From: a bacterium
Lineage (GTDB): Bacteria > Patescibacteriota > Gracilibacteria > BD1-5 > UBA6164
DNA length: 64,000 bases
Direction of reading: 5' to 3'
Assembly: GCA_024635475.1 (NCBI GenBank)
Contig: JAGXIW010000008.1
Coordinates: 13,592-77,591 of the forward strand
This document shows positions 11,361 to 23,228 of this stretch, piece by piece. The notes under the pieces are model-generated. The model was not told where the DNA came from and did no database searches. It saw nothing but the letters and a program-made list of their open reading frames with translations. The translations under genes and the position numbers were made by a program. Each line of letters begins with the position of its first letter. Position 1 is the first letter of the stretch.

Positions 11361-12271
11361 TGAAGAGACTTGAATTTCATATATCATATATATGCCAACA
11401 TAAATGTATTTTTTGTAGTGAAGCAGATAGAATGGATAATTTTAAAAATTATCCATTATCTTTATTGCAAATAAAAACTATTTTGATAGATAGAATGAAA
11501 AAATGATATAATCATGTTAATTTTACTGGTTGAGAACCTACTATTACTCCATGATTTTTAGAATTACTCAAATTTACGAAAAAACTTTGATATAAAATAT
11601 ATGTTTGAACAAATTGAGTTATGTTTTATTCTGAAAAATTTGCTAAAGAATCTTTAAAATATATAGATGAACTATCTCTATCTGTTCATTGGTATTCATT
11701 AAATACATGTTGAAAACAGATTTGATTGAAATATCACTTTAATAATTTTCCTATTATTGTTAATAATATCGAAAAATATAAGGCTAATAATAATTTTTTC
11801 TTTTTAAATATAGTTATAAATAAATATAATTATTTTGATACTGAAAAGATAATAAATTTTGTTATAGAGACATGATATGATTTTAAACAAGTTTTAGTAT
11901 CAAATATTGCCCCTGAATGAAGTGCAAAACATAATTATATTGATATTGTTTTTGATTTAAATGAGTTTAGGAATTATATTCCAAATATAATAAAAAAATG
12001 TAATGATAATTGAAAAATACTTAGATTTTTTTGATTGCCTACATGTATTTTAGAAGAAGACTTTATTGAGTATTCAAATGATGAACATTGGGAAGAAAGA
12101 CACACAATAGAAAGATTTTTGAATAAAAATTGAAAAGTATCATTAATAGATATTTATTCTCCAGATAATTCAAGAGAAAGGACATTTGTAGATAAATGTA
12201 ATAATTGTAAATGGAAAAAAAATCCTTGTACTTGAATTTTTAAAAAATATTTAGATTTTTATGAATTTTAA
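11360..12271 (+). CDS. Radical SAM protein with C-terminal CxxCx6CxG auxiliary-cluster motif
   Basis: 303 aa. ISYICQHKCIFCSE, KKGYNHVNFTGGEPTI, KKLGYKIYVGTNG, and C-terminal DKCNNCKWKKNPCTG. Paralogue of the 13192-14133 gene. Confidence 0.8.
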
Positions 12272-13210
12272 ATGGAATTAATATATATATTAACTTATAA
12301 TTGCAATTTTCGTTGTAAATATTGTGATATAAATAAACATGTCAATAATATTTCAAAAAAAGTTATAGACCAAAGTTTGATATTTTTGGAGAAAAATAAT
12401 TTTAATATAGAAAAGGTAAAATTTTTTGGTTGAGAACCATTATTGAAAAAAGATTATATAAAATATATTGTGACTAATTTTCCGAAAAATGTTAAAAAAA
12501 ATTTTTATATTACTACAAATGCAACTTTAATTGAAGAAAATTTTATGTTATTTGCTAGAAATAACAATATAAAATTAACATTTAGTATTGATTGAAATAG
12601 TAAAACTATTTGAATCAATAGAATTACGAAATGATGAAAAGATTTATCAAATATTATTATAAAAAACACAAAAAAATATAATGATTTTATAAGAATAAAT
12701 CAAGTTATTACTTCAAATAATTCTAAGGATTTTTTTGCTAATTTTAAATTTATATATGATTTATGAGTTAGAAAATTTAATTTTTTACCAGAATATTATT
12801 CTGAATGGTCAAAACAGTGATTAAAAAATTTAAATAAGTGATTTAATGAAATTTTTAATTTTTATAAGGAATGAAATCAATTTGAATTAGTAAATTTAGA
12901 AAATTATTCTAATATTTCATTTTTTAATCTATGATTAATAATAGATACTGATTGAAGTATTTATTGAACTAATTTAATTTTATCTTGAGTATTTGAAAAA
13001 TATAAAAAAGACTTAATATTATGAAATATTTTTTCTGAAAATTATATTAATTTTCAAGATGATGACTTTATTAGGAGTTACATAGATAAAACTTGAAATA
13101 TTTTAGAAATAGAATATAGTAAAAATATATTAAATTCAGTAAAATACGTAGATTTAATGTTAAATAATTTTTGTAATAAAATGTACTTTTTATGGAATAT
13201 AAAAGATTAG
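12272..13210 (+). CDS. Radical SAM protein, second HxsC-like paralogue (no C-terminal Cys cluster)
   Basis: 312 aa. TYNCNFRCKYCD, FFGGEPLLKKD, GLIIDTDGSIYGTNLI (compare GPTVDVNGDIYTT in the 10362 gene). Its start is 1 nt after the previous stop, and its 3' end overlaps the next gene by 19 nt. Confidence 0.75.
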
Positions 13211-14133
13211 AAATATATGTTTGATGGACATGTAATCATAAATGTACATATTGTAAAGAATATCCAAATATGGAAATACTTTGGAATAAAAAGGTTACAA
13301 AATATGACATATTAAAGTTACTAATAAAATATAAGAAAAAATGATATAATCATGTTAGTTATCTTTGATGAGAACCATTTATTCAACCTGTGTTTTTAGA
13401 TGCATTAAAATTGTGAAAAAAACTTTGATATACTATATTGGTTACCACAAATTGTTCAACACTTCATATAGATAATCAAGCTAGTAAATTTTTACCATAT
13501 ATAGATGAGTTAATATTATCTATTGAAGCTATAGATAAAGAAAAACAGCAAATTATATCTAGAACAAAAAATTATGTCATTTGGGATAAAGTTTTTGATA
13601 ATATAAAAAAGTATTGGAATTGAAAATTGTTTAAAGCAAATATTGTTATAACTAAAGATAATTTAAAAGACCTTTTCTTAATAGTATCTTTTTGTATTAA
13701 TAATAATTTTAAGGAAATAGCAGTAACTTACCCAGATATAGATTTAGATTATTATGGAAAAAAACATATTTTAAATAAAGTTGCTCCAAAATATTCAGAT
13801 TGTGTGAATGAAATAATAAATATAGTTAATTTATGTGAAATAAATAAAGTTAATTTGAAATTACCAGATTTTCCTTTTTGTGTTTTTCCAAAAAAAGATT
13901 TAGAAAAATATATATCGTTAACTGATGATTACGATTATCAAACAAGGCTAAATATTTTTCAAAATACAATAGAATTTGATAGGTGAGATTTAAAAACAAC
14001 AGAGGAGATTCCTAGACAAAGATCTCATTTAAAATGATGTTTATGATGTATATATATTAATTTATGCTGGGGGGTATCTATATATTATAAAAAATTATAT
14101 TGACTAGATGAAATTAATCATATAACAAAATAA
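13192..14133 (+). CDS. Radical SAM protein with C-terminal CxxCx5CxG motif
   Basis: 313 aa. VGWTCNHKCTYCKE, KKGYNHVSYLGGEPFI, KKLGYTILVTTNC, and C-terminal LKGCLGCIYINLCWG. Confidence 0.8.
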
Positions 14134-14136
14134 ATT

Positions 14137-15159
14137 ATGTGAAAAAAATATAATGATTCAAAGATTTACATTAATGAAATAATTAGAATTACTTATAAAT
14201 GTAATTGGAAATGCAAGTTTTGTAATGTTTTTAAAACAAATAATTTTTGAGAAAAGGATATAACAGTTAAGGAAGTAATTTATCAAATTTTAAATTTAAC
14301 TAGGAAATATACTAAAGAGCAAAGAAAAAATCTTATACTATCATTTTCATGATGAGAGCCAACACTAGATAAAAATTTATTTACTTATATTAGATTAGCA
14401 AAAGGTATATGAATATGAATTATTCAAATTCAAACAAATTGAACCATTTTATTTAAACATAAAACTTATATAGACAATTTAATTGCAGTATGACTTGATG
14501 AAATATTTTTAGCTCAGCATTCATCAGATGTTGATATAAATAATAAATTGGGAATTTATTACAATATAAAAGATTTTATTAATTGGGTAGGGGGTATAAA
14601 AAAAAATGGAATATATAAAAAAATTTATATATGATTTAATATTGTTATTACAAAAATAAATTTATTCCAGATTTATGATTATTTAAATTTTCTATTAGAA
14701 GTAGGTTTTTTATGAATTTTACCAAAAATAGTAAATTGACAAAATCCTATTTCTTTTTGATTAGTCCAACCTAATTGATATGCAGAGATTAATAAAGAAG
14801 AAATTTTACTAAAGTACAACGATGATGAATTGAATGAAATAAATAAAATTATAGATTTTTGTAAAGAAAATAATATATATCCAGATTTCCATTTTACAGC
14901 ACCACCATTATGTATTTTAAATTATCCTGAATATAATTTAGAATATAAAAGATCATTAAATTTAGAAGAAGATGTTAAAAAATGAATAGTTAATGAATGA
15001 AATTTAGAATCATTTAAATCTTTAAGAAAAGAGAAACAAAAATTCAAAGAATGTGATAAATGTAAATATAATAATTATTGTTTATGATTTTATAAAAACT
15101 GGATTAGCTTTATTTGAGAAGACTATGTAAAAGAAAAAATTAATAATTTTATAAAATAG
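14137..15159 (+). CDS. Radical SAM protein with C-terminal CxxCx5CxG motif
   Basis: 340 aa. ITYKCNWKCKFCN, LSFSGGEPTL, IQIQTNGT, and C-terminal KECDKCKYNNYCLGF. Confidence 0.8.
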
Positions 15160-15164
15160 TATTT

Positions 15165-16520
15165 ATGATTAATATAAAACAATTATTAAATAAAATACTT
15201 ATTTCATCAGATGTTTATTTTTTTACTATCGATTATTTATTTAGAAAGATAGTAATATTTGCCTGAAAATATATTTTAGAATTTTCTTTAGTTGATAAAT
15301 GATGAAGTATAAAACAAAGTAAATATTTTTATTTCTTTTTAAGAAAAATAGATGATATAGATAATATTTATAATTTTTTAAATTCAGATAATAAAGTTAT
15401 TTCAAATAAAAATATTTGAGAAATAATAAATATCATAATTAAAAATGAGGAATTAATATATCATATATTTTATGGTGAGTGTGAAGTATTTTATGAAAAA
15501 ATATTCAATAAGATAAAAATAAATAAAAATATATTATTTATATTAAAGTGATGATGAATGGAAGAGACTATAGAGAAATCTTTTATTTCATATTGTAATA
15601 ATTCAAATATAAAATTAACTGTTTTATATAAATTTTGAACCTGATATTGGGGGCAAAAACTTAATCAAGATTGATTTTTTAATGAATTAAAAGTTAATAA
15701 TAAAAATGTTAAATTTTTATATAATGAGGATTTTAACGATGAATTTATAGATTCTATGGTTAATGAAAATACTGAGATTTTTTCTTTTCAATATGATTAT
15801 AAATGAATATATAAAGATTTTAATATGATAGTATTATCAAGTGTTACTGATAAAAATATAGATTGTTCTAGGTATAAAAATGTATTTTCTTGTTATCAAA
15901 GTAAAACTATATGATATAGTACAGATAAATTTATAAATATTGAAAATACTAAAGTTTATAAGATATTTAATCCACAAAATATAGATTTATTAAATAATTA
16001 TTCTGTAATTAAAAAGGTACCAAATTTTATTTTATCTTGATGAATGTCATGGGCAAGAGATTTTTCTATATTAAATTCTTTAGAAGGTAAATATAAATGA
16101 ATATTAGTAAGTGATGAAATTCATGAAGTAAAGAATTTTTTATCTATGTATAGATGAATTCAAAGTTATTATTGATTTTTAGGTGTTTTTAAATTATCAA
16201 GTTTTTGAGTTTTTTGTCATCTTGAAAAATTTAACGATGATGATAGAAGTAAAATGATAGCAACATCTATTTGTGCATGAAAACCTGTTATTGTTCCACA
16301 TAATGATTGATTAATTGTTAAGGAAATTATTGATAACAAATTAGGACTTGTTTATAGAAATTGAGACATAGAAGATTTACAAAAAAAAGTTATGTTTTTT
16401 GCTGAAAATAAGGATAATATAGAAGAATATTCTAAAAGATGTTTAAGTTATTCAAAAGAACAAATGGATATTAATAATTTTATAAATTTTATTTTTGATA
16501 AAGCTTTTATTGATGAATAA
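15165..16520 (+). CDS. Glycosyltransferase-like protein (GT-B / GT1-type C-terminal domain)
   Basis: 451 aa. The C-terminal ...DRSKMIATSICAGKPVIVPHNDGLIVKEIIDNKLGLVYRNGDIEDLQKKVMFFAENKDNIEEYSKRC follows the EAxAxGxPVI...G...E.I....G.L pattern of GT-B sugar transferases. The N-terminal half is unrecognised. Its stop overlaps the next start (ATGAATAA). Confidence 0.45.
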
Positions 16521-18162
16521 ATTCGAACAAATAATATTAAAAATATTAAATACAAATTTTTCTAGTTCAACTATAAAATGCACTTATTTATATAATGAGT
16601 TTTTTATAAGTATGTCCAAAACCTGAGAATTTGTTTTGCTTTGAATATCTTATAAATCATCAAAAATACAAATAAATAAATATAAATGAGAAGATACTAG
16701 AATTTGAAAAATACTTTTAATTTTGCTCAAAAAATATGAAGAGATATTTTTAAATTATTTTAAAATTAAACAAAAAACTATTTTTAATTTATGAGAAGAA
16801 TCAGAGTTTATAAATATTTTTGATAAAAAAGAATTAAATTATGAAAATATAGAAGAAAAACTGTATTTTAGTTTTTTAGATGATTATTCTTATAGAAGAA
16901 GGAGTGAAATGAGTTTTAATATAGAAGAAAAATCCATTATTGATATATACCATAGCGATTTTGAATGTTCTAAATGTGCTTGACCTAGGGAAGCATTTAC
17001 AAATTTTATTGATTATCATAATCATGAGGTATGTTTAGAAAAATCTTTTCGAGCAAGTGAAAATAATACAAAAAAAATTAATTTATATACAAATATAACA
17101 GATTATGAATCTATAACTATTTGATGAAATGCTAAGATAGATGAAATATTACAAAATATAGAATTAATAAATGAATATGATATTATTTCTATTAATAAAA
17201 CTTGTATATCGGTAATTATGTGAGATGACATAGAATCAATTCTAAAGCATAATAATATTTCTAAAGAAAAAACTATTTATACTGATCAAAATACTGATAG
17301 TTGATACAGAGTAATTATAAATTATTTAAAGACTTTAGATATTTTAAAAGTTTCTAAAAATAATGAATTAGTATTCTTTTGACTTAATAAAAATAAAAAT
17401 ACTTTTGAATTAATAAAATTTTTACAAAATAATTTTTGATTACAAGTTTGAAATGTATTATTACCAAATATAAATAAAAAAGATTTAGAAAATATTTTAA
17501 GATATAAATTAGCTGTATTTTTTATTGGTAGAGAAACAAAAACTCAAAATATATTTAAACTATATCCTATAGATAATCTTGAAATTAATGTTCCATATGG
17601 TATTTCTAAAACTTATGAGTTATATGAAAGTATACTTTTAAATTATTGATTAGAAGAAGAAAAATTAAAACTAAAGAATATTTTTAATGAATTGAGAGAA
17701 AAAAATATAGAACTTTTTAATAAATCAAAAAAATATAACATATGATTTATTATTCATGACTTTCATATAAAACAGTTTTCACAAGATAATTTCAGAGGAT
17801 GTTCTATAATATCTATGTTGAACGATATGGGATTTCATTTAAATTTTTTTATTTATCTTGCAAGTGATAAATCAAAAGAAGATATAATTGAATTCAATGC
17901 AAAAAATGATTTATACAATTTTTATACAATTATTTCAAATAAAAAAGCAGATTTAGATAAATTTATAAATGATGAAAATATACAAATCTATTATTCAGAG
18001 ATTTCAAGTGATTCAAGGATTATATCAAAAAATAAATGACAATTTTCAGTTTGAGATTTAGAGTATTGAATAGATTGATTTTATAGAAGTTTGGAATTGC
18101 TTATAAAAAAATGTGAAAAGGTTGATTATATGAATTCAAAATTAAATTATTATTTAAAATAG
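16513..18162 (+). CDS. Nitrogenase component-1-type oxidoreductase family protein (NifD/K / BchN/B-like), long subunit
   Basis: 549 aa. ...KTCISVIMGDDIESILK (the C..IGDD motif of the family), LAVFFIGRETKTQNIFKLYPIDNLEINVPYGISKTYELYESIL, and C-terminal GQFSVGDLEYGIDGFYRSLELLIKKC (the vGY.G...l pattern). About 170 aa of N-terminal extension have no match. The call is weaker than for the next gene. Confidence 0.55.
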
Positions 18163-18166
18163 TTTT

Positions 18167-19369
18167 ATGGATATAATAGAAAAATATACTCAAATTTATG
18201 GAAGTCCTTTTTTGACTTGAGTTTTTATGTGAGTTAATGCTATAAAAGATGTTGCATTATTTGTTGATGGGCCAGATTGCATATTTTATAAGGCTGATAT
18301 GTTATATAAAACTCATGATTTATGATCTAGTCTTAAACAAGCAAGTATTGATACAAAACTATATTTCTCATGAGTTATGCCAAATAAAATGGTAAGATGA
18401 TATGATGAAGATATAAAAAGAAAGTTATCTTTCATTGAAGAAAATTCAAAATTTAATCTTTGAGTTGTTACTTGTATGCCAGTTACTTGATTACTTGCTA
18501 CTCAGTATGATAATATATATGGAGATTTAAATAAAGATTTTATTTTTGTCCCATCCCATACAGATAAATTTCGGCTAGATTGATATAGTATATTTTTGAA
18601 AGAATTAGCAAAATATATAAAACTTGATGAGAAAAAAGAAAAGAAAAAATTAAATGTATCGATAATTTGATACCTTTTTGATAGGAATGAATGAGACTGT
18701 ATTTGAAATTTAGAAGAAATAAAAAGAATACTTAATCTAATCTGAGTAGAACTAAATTCTATATGGCTTAGTTGATGAGATTTAAAAGATTTATCTAATA
18801 TAGAAAACTCAGAACTTATTATTTCTTTTCCTTATGGATTCCAAGCTTCAAAAATTATATCAAGAAGACTTAATGTAGATATTTTAGAGTTAGATATTCC
18901 TTTTTGATTTGAGAATACTATAAATTTTATTGAAAAAATTTGAAAAAAATTATCTATAGATAAAATAAAAATAGATAGTGTTTTGAAAAAAGAAATTACT
19001 TTTGTAAAAGAAAAAATAGATTTACTTAATGAAAAAGTTTTTTTAAACAAAAATTATATATTTGCCTGAGATCCTTTTATGGAAAAGTCTATAAAAGATA
19101 TTTGAGATTTCTTTTGAATGAATCATATATTTACATATAATTATAATTGATCTAAAAAAGCAAAAGAAACTGATTTTGATAAAAAAAATGTAGATTTAAT
19201 TATAGGAAATTCAGAATTTAATTTGAGTTCAGAGTTTAAACTAGAGTTTTGATTTCCATCTTACAATACGCACTTTTTACTTGAGAGACCTTATATGTGA
19301 TTCAGATGATTATTATTTTTTATTGAAAGATTATATCTTGAAATGACTAAATTAGATAAATTAAATTAA
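18167..19369 (+). CDS. Nitrogenase component-1-type oxidoreductase family protein (NifD/K/E/N / BchN/B-like), short subunit
   Basis: 400 aa. GVNAIKDVALFVDGPDCIFYKADM (HGPxGC-type cluster Cys), LGVVTCMPVTGLLATQYD, VSIIGYLFDRNEGDCIGNLEEIKRIL, ELIISFPYGFQASKIISRRLNVDILELDIPFGFENT, EFGFPSYNTHFLLERPYMGFRGLLFFIERL. Confidence 0.7.
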
Positions 19370-19375
19370 AAAAAT

Positions 19376-20194
19376 ATGAAAAAAATAGTGATTTATGGTA
19401 AATGATGAATAGGTAAATCAACAACTTCAACTCATTTATCTGTGGCATTTGCTAGCAAATGATTAAGAGTTTTACAAGTATGATGTGATCCTAAACATGA
19501 CTCTTGTAAAAGAGTATTAAGTTGAGTTAGAGATATTCCTACAGTTATTGAGTTATCAAAAGATAGAGATATATATGAGTTTACAAAAGATTTAATTATT
19601 CATAAATGAAGATTTTGAATTGATTGTATAGAAGCTTGATGACCGATTGCTTGAATTGGTTGTGCTGGTAGAGGGATATCACTTATGTTTGAAATATTTG
19701 ATGAAATAGGCTTACTTGATGAATCAAATTATGATGTAGTTATATTTGATGTACTTTGAGATGTTGTTTGTTGATGATTTGCATCACCTATAAAGGTTGG
19801 TTTTGCTGACCAAGTTTATATTGTACTTTCAGAAGAAATAATGAGTTTATATGCAGCTAATAATATATCAAAAGCAATTGTGAATTATCACAAAAATTGA
19901 GTTTGATTATCTTGAATTATCTTGAATTTAAGAAGTAATGAAAGTGATGTAAAAGTAGTTGAAGATTTTTCTAAAAGTTTATGAACAGAGATAGTTTGAA
20001 TTATGAATAGATCAGATTGAATTTTGCAAGCGGAAAGAAAAAATATGACTTTATACGAATTTGATAGTAATCATATAGATTTACAAAAATATAATAAATT
20101 AGCAGATTTTATGTTAAAAAATGAGAATAAAATTATTCCTATTACTTTTACAGATAGAGAATTTGATGATTTTATTTATGATAAATTTTATTAA
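19376..20194 (+). CDS. NifH/BchL/CfbC-family ATP-dependent [4Fe-4S] reductase component
   Basis: 272 aa. KIVIYGKGGIGKSTTS (P-loop; both central Gly are TGA at 19403-19408), VGCDPKHDS (switch I), GIGCAGRGI and LGDVVCGGFA (the two cluster-ligand Cys), [17 protein letters not shown]. Confidence 0.9.
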
Positions 20195-20242
20195 TAAAAT
20201 TAAGTTAAGTATTATTTAAATTATTTACTTTATTATTGTTTT

Positions 20243-20968
20243 ATGAAATATTCACCTAATATATATAAATATATTTCAGAAGATATATCAAATGCATTTC
20301 GTTATGGATTTAAAGAGTGAGAATATGAAGCAAATAAATCTCATGTTAAAATTACTGAAGATAAAAAGTTTGAGATTATTGAATTTGATGATTATTTTGA
20401 AGTAAATGGTTATTTAATAGCGAAAGAAAATTTTTGAGAACCTTGTTCTCCAAATGTTCAAAAAAATCCAGTAAATATAGATAAAGGAGCTCCACAGGCA
20501 TGGATGTATACTATAGATGATGATTCAGTATCAGGTGATGGTAAATATAGATGATTCGAATTATTTAAATATACATTTCCACGGATTAATATTTCAAAAA
20601 CCACAGCAATAAATCAAAATATATATCCAGCTAATTTTTGGGTATACAATTCTATATGAGCAATTATAGAAGGAGAATATCGTTGAGTAAGAATTCCAGA
20701 GAATTGGGAGCTTTTAAATTTAATAAATTCTATTCCTTGAAATTGTATTGAAAAAGCAAAATCTTTACAGATACCATTCATTGGATTTCGTAGTACTGAT
20801 AATAGTGGAAAAATTCATTTTCTTTGAGAATGTGCATTTCTTTTATCTTCAGATCATTTTGCAAATGCTGGTGAACGTAATTTACGTCTTTTTAGATGAG
20901 GAAATAAAGCAATTGGTGATTGGATTGACTGTGGTCGTTGAGCTTCTGTGCGTTATTTTCTAAAATAA
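20243..20968 (+). CDS. FISUMP-like (Fibrobacter succinogenes major paralogous domain-like) protein
   Basis: 241 aa. The C-terminal GVRIPENWELLNLINSIPG...IPFIGFRSTDNSGKIHFLGECAFLLSS...CGRGASVRYF matches the G.hlPs..EW..L ... G.r...G ... g.SVRC pattern of TIGR02145 as I remember it. Confidence 0.45.
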
Positions 20969-21005
20969 ATAATTAATATAAAAGTTTTTAAATTATATAT
21001 AAAAT

Positions 21006-21974
21006 ATGAAAAAACATATAGAGATAAATATTTGAAAAGCATGTAATAATAAATGCAGATTTTGTATGAGTTCTCAATATGCAATAAAACGAGTTTGAGA
21101 AACTTTTTGATTAGTAGCTTTTAATTTAATAAAAAAAGAAATTAAAACATATGCTATTAAATGATATAAATCAATTTGATATATTTGATGAGATATTTCT
21201 ATTCATCCAAATATTTATGAAATTATAGAAAAATCAAGAAAATATTGATTTGAAAATATATCAATTATTACAAATGCTATGGTATTTTCAGATTATAATA
21301 AGGCAGAGAAATTAATTTTATCTTGAACAACTAGAATAAATATATCTATTCATTCCCATAATTGTAATATAGAAGATTATATCACTCAAATAAATTGATG
21401 ATTTGAAAAGAAACTATTAGCTATTGATAATTTTAATAAATTATATAACCATAAAGTTTTAAAAAATCCAATAAGTATAAATATAGTTTTAAATTGATTG
21501 AATTATAAAGATATAACAAAAACTTGTTTATACTTTTATAAAATTAAGAATATAAAAGATATAAGAATAAATTTTTTATGGAATAGATTTTTTTTCTCTG
21601 AAGATGATAAAAAAAAATTAGAATTAAGTTATACAGAATTTTTACCTTATTTAAAAGAATTAATAATATTTTCAATAAAAATAAACCTAAGAATAACATT
21701 TGATGCAATTCCAGCTTGTGTTTTTCATAAATTAGGATTTAAAAATCATAATTTTATAATTAGAAAATTTTTATGAGAAGAATTGGATTATATAGATGAG
21801 GTTTCTAATATAAATATGGATGTAAAATTTAATTGGAAAGAACAAAAAAGAAATGAACTAAAAACAAAATTTGATAAATGTAATGATTGTTTATATTCAA
21901 ATAAATGTCAGTGAATCTGGAAAGAATATGTTAAAAGATATTGAGAAGATGAATTTAATGCTATTTTATTTTAG
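21006..21974 (+). CDS. Radical SAM protein with C-terminal CxxCx5CxG motif (tandem paralogue A)
   Basis: 322 aa. INIGKACNNKCRFCMS, KGYKSIGYIGGDISIHPN, ITNAM, RINISIHSH, and C-terminal DKCNDCLYSNKCQGIWKEY. Confidence 0.8.
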
Positions 21975-22120
21975 AAATATCAACATAACTATTTTTTCTT
22001 GAAATGTTGTTAATTATGATATAACAAGAATACTAGATTTACAATTTATTTAAAAATTAGTTATTACATCTAAAATAGATGATAATAGTAACTTGAAAAA
22101 TTTAAATTATTGTAAAATAG

Positions 22121-22153
22121 AAAAATAATTTATAAAAAAATAAATTATTTTTT
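22121..22153 (+). terminator. Weak all-A/T hairpin followed by a T-run inside the 280-bp gap of the cluster
   Basis: AAATAATTTA (22123-22132) pairs perfectly with TAAATTATTT (22141-22150) around an 8-nt loop, followed by TTT. The stem has no G/C, so terminator function is uncertain. Confidence 0.3.
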
Positions 22154-22254
22154 AGGAGAAAATAGATATAATGATCAAGAAAATTATAATATAATAAGAA
22201 ATTATTATGAAAAAAATTTTAGCATAAGATTAATTTCATATAAAATATTACATC

Positions 22255-23214
22255 ATGGATAATCTAAAACATATCGAAATTAATATCTGAAAAGCTTGTA
22301 ATAATAGATGTAGATTTTGTATGAGTTCAAAATCAGAACTAAGGGATATTAAATTTGTACAATTGGATGAATTAAAAAATAAAATTAAAAGTTATTCTGA
22401 AAAATGATATAAATCAATATGATTTTTATGATGAGATATATCAATTCATCCAAATATAATAGAAATAATATCTTTTTGTAAAGAAAATTGATTTGTAAAT
22501 ATAAATGTAATAACAAATTGAATGAGATTTGAAGATTTTAAATTTACAAAAAAGTTGATAAATGCTTGATTAACAAGAGTCAATTTTTCAATTCATTCTC
22601 ATCTAGATAAAATAGAGGACTATCTTATACAAGTTTCATGATGACTTCAAAAAAAATTAAAAGCAATTGATAATTTTAATATTTTCTATAAAAATTGACT
22701 ACTAAGAGATGAATTAAGTATAAATATAGTTTTAAATAGTAAAAATTATAAAACAATTGTAGAGACAGTCTTATTTTTTTATAAAATAAAAAATATAAAA
22801 GATATTAGAATAAACTTTATTTGGCTTAATAATGATACTAAAGAAAATTGGGAGGATTTAAAATTAACTTATACAGAATTTTTACCATATTTAAAACAAC
22901 TTATATATATATCACTAAAATATTATATAAGAATTACTTTTGATACTATACCAGCTTGTATTTTTTATAAAATAGATAATATAAATTACAAATCATTAAT
23001 AAAGAAATTTTTATGAGAAGATTTAGATCATATAACAGAAATCGATCATATAAATAACAATGACCAATTTAATTGGAAAGAAAGAAAAAAAGATATGTTA
23101 AAAATGCAGTTTGAACAATGTGAAAAATGTAATTATAATATTTCTTGTCAATGAGTTTGGAAAAATTATTGAAAGATATATTGATGAGATGAATTTAAGG
23201 CTGTAATTAAATAA
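22255..23214 (+). CDS. Radical SAM protein with C-terminal CxxCx5CxG motif (tandem paralogue B)
   Basis: 319 aa, collinear with the 21006 gene. INIGKACNNRCRFCMS, KGYKSIGFLGGDISIHPN, RVNFSIHSH, YKIKNIKDIRINF, LTYTEFLPYLK, and C-terminal EQCEKCNYNISCQGVWKNY. Confidence 0.8.
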
Positions 23215-23228
23215 TTTTACTAAAGAAT

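Noticed and set aside
16513-20194. NifH plus NifD/K-like genes could be taken as evidence of nitrogen fixation.
   Set aside because: I saw no nifB/E/N/V set and no recognisable FeMoco-ligand context (the alpha-Cys275/His442-type motifs were not seen). The component-1 proteins are short and divergent, and the genomic context is a peptide/radical-SAM cluster. I treat it as a nitrogenase-like reductase of unknown substrate.
21975-22254. Mini-ORFs (MIKKIII, MKKILA, MLLIMI) in the cluster gap could be additional precursor peptides.
   Set aside because: They are too short and contain no Cys/His/Ser-rich core or repeat. Such ORFs are expected by chance in A/T-rich DNA. This is mentioned only as a low-interest leader-peptide possibility.
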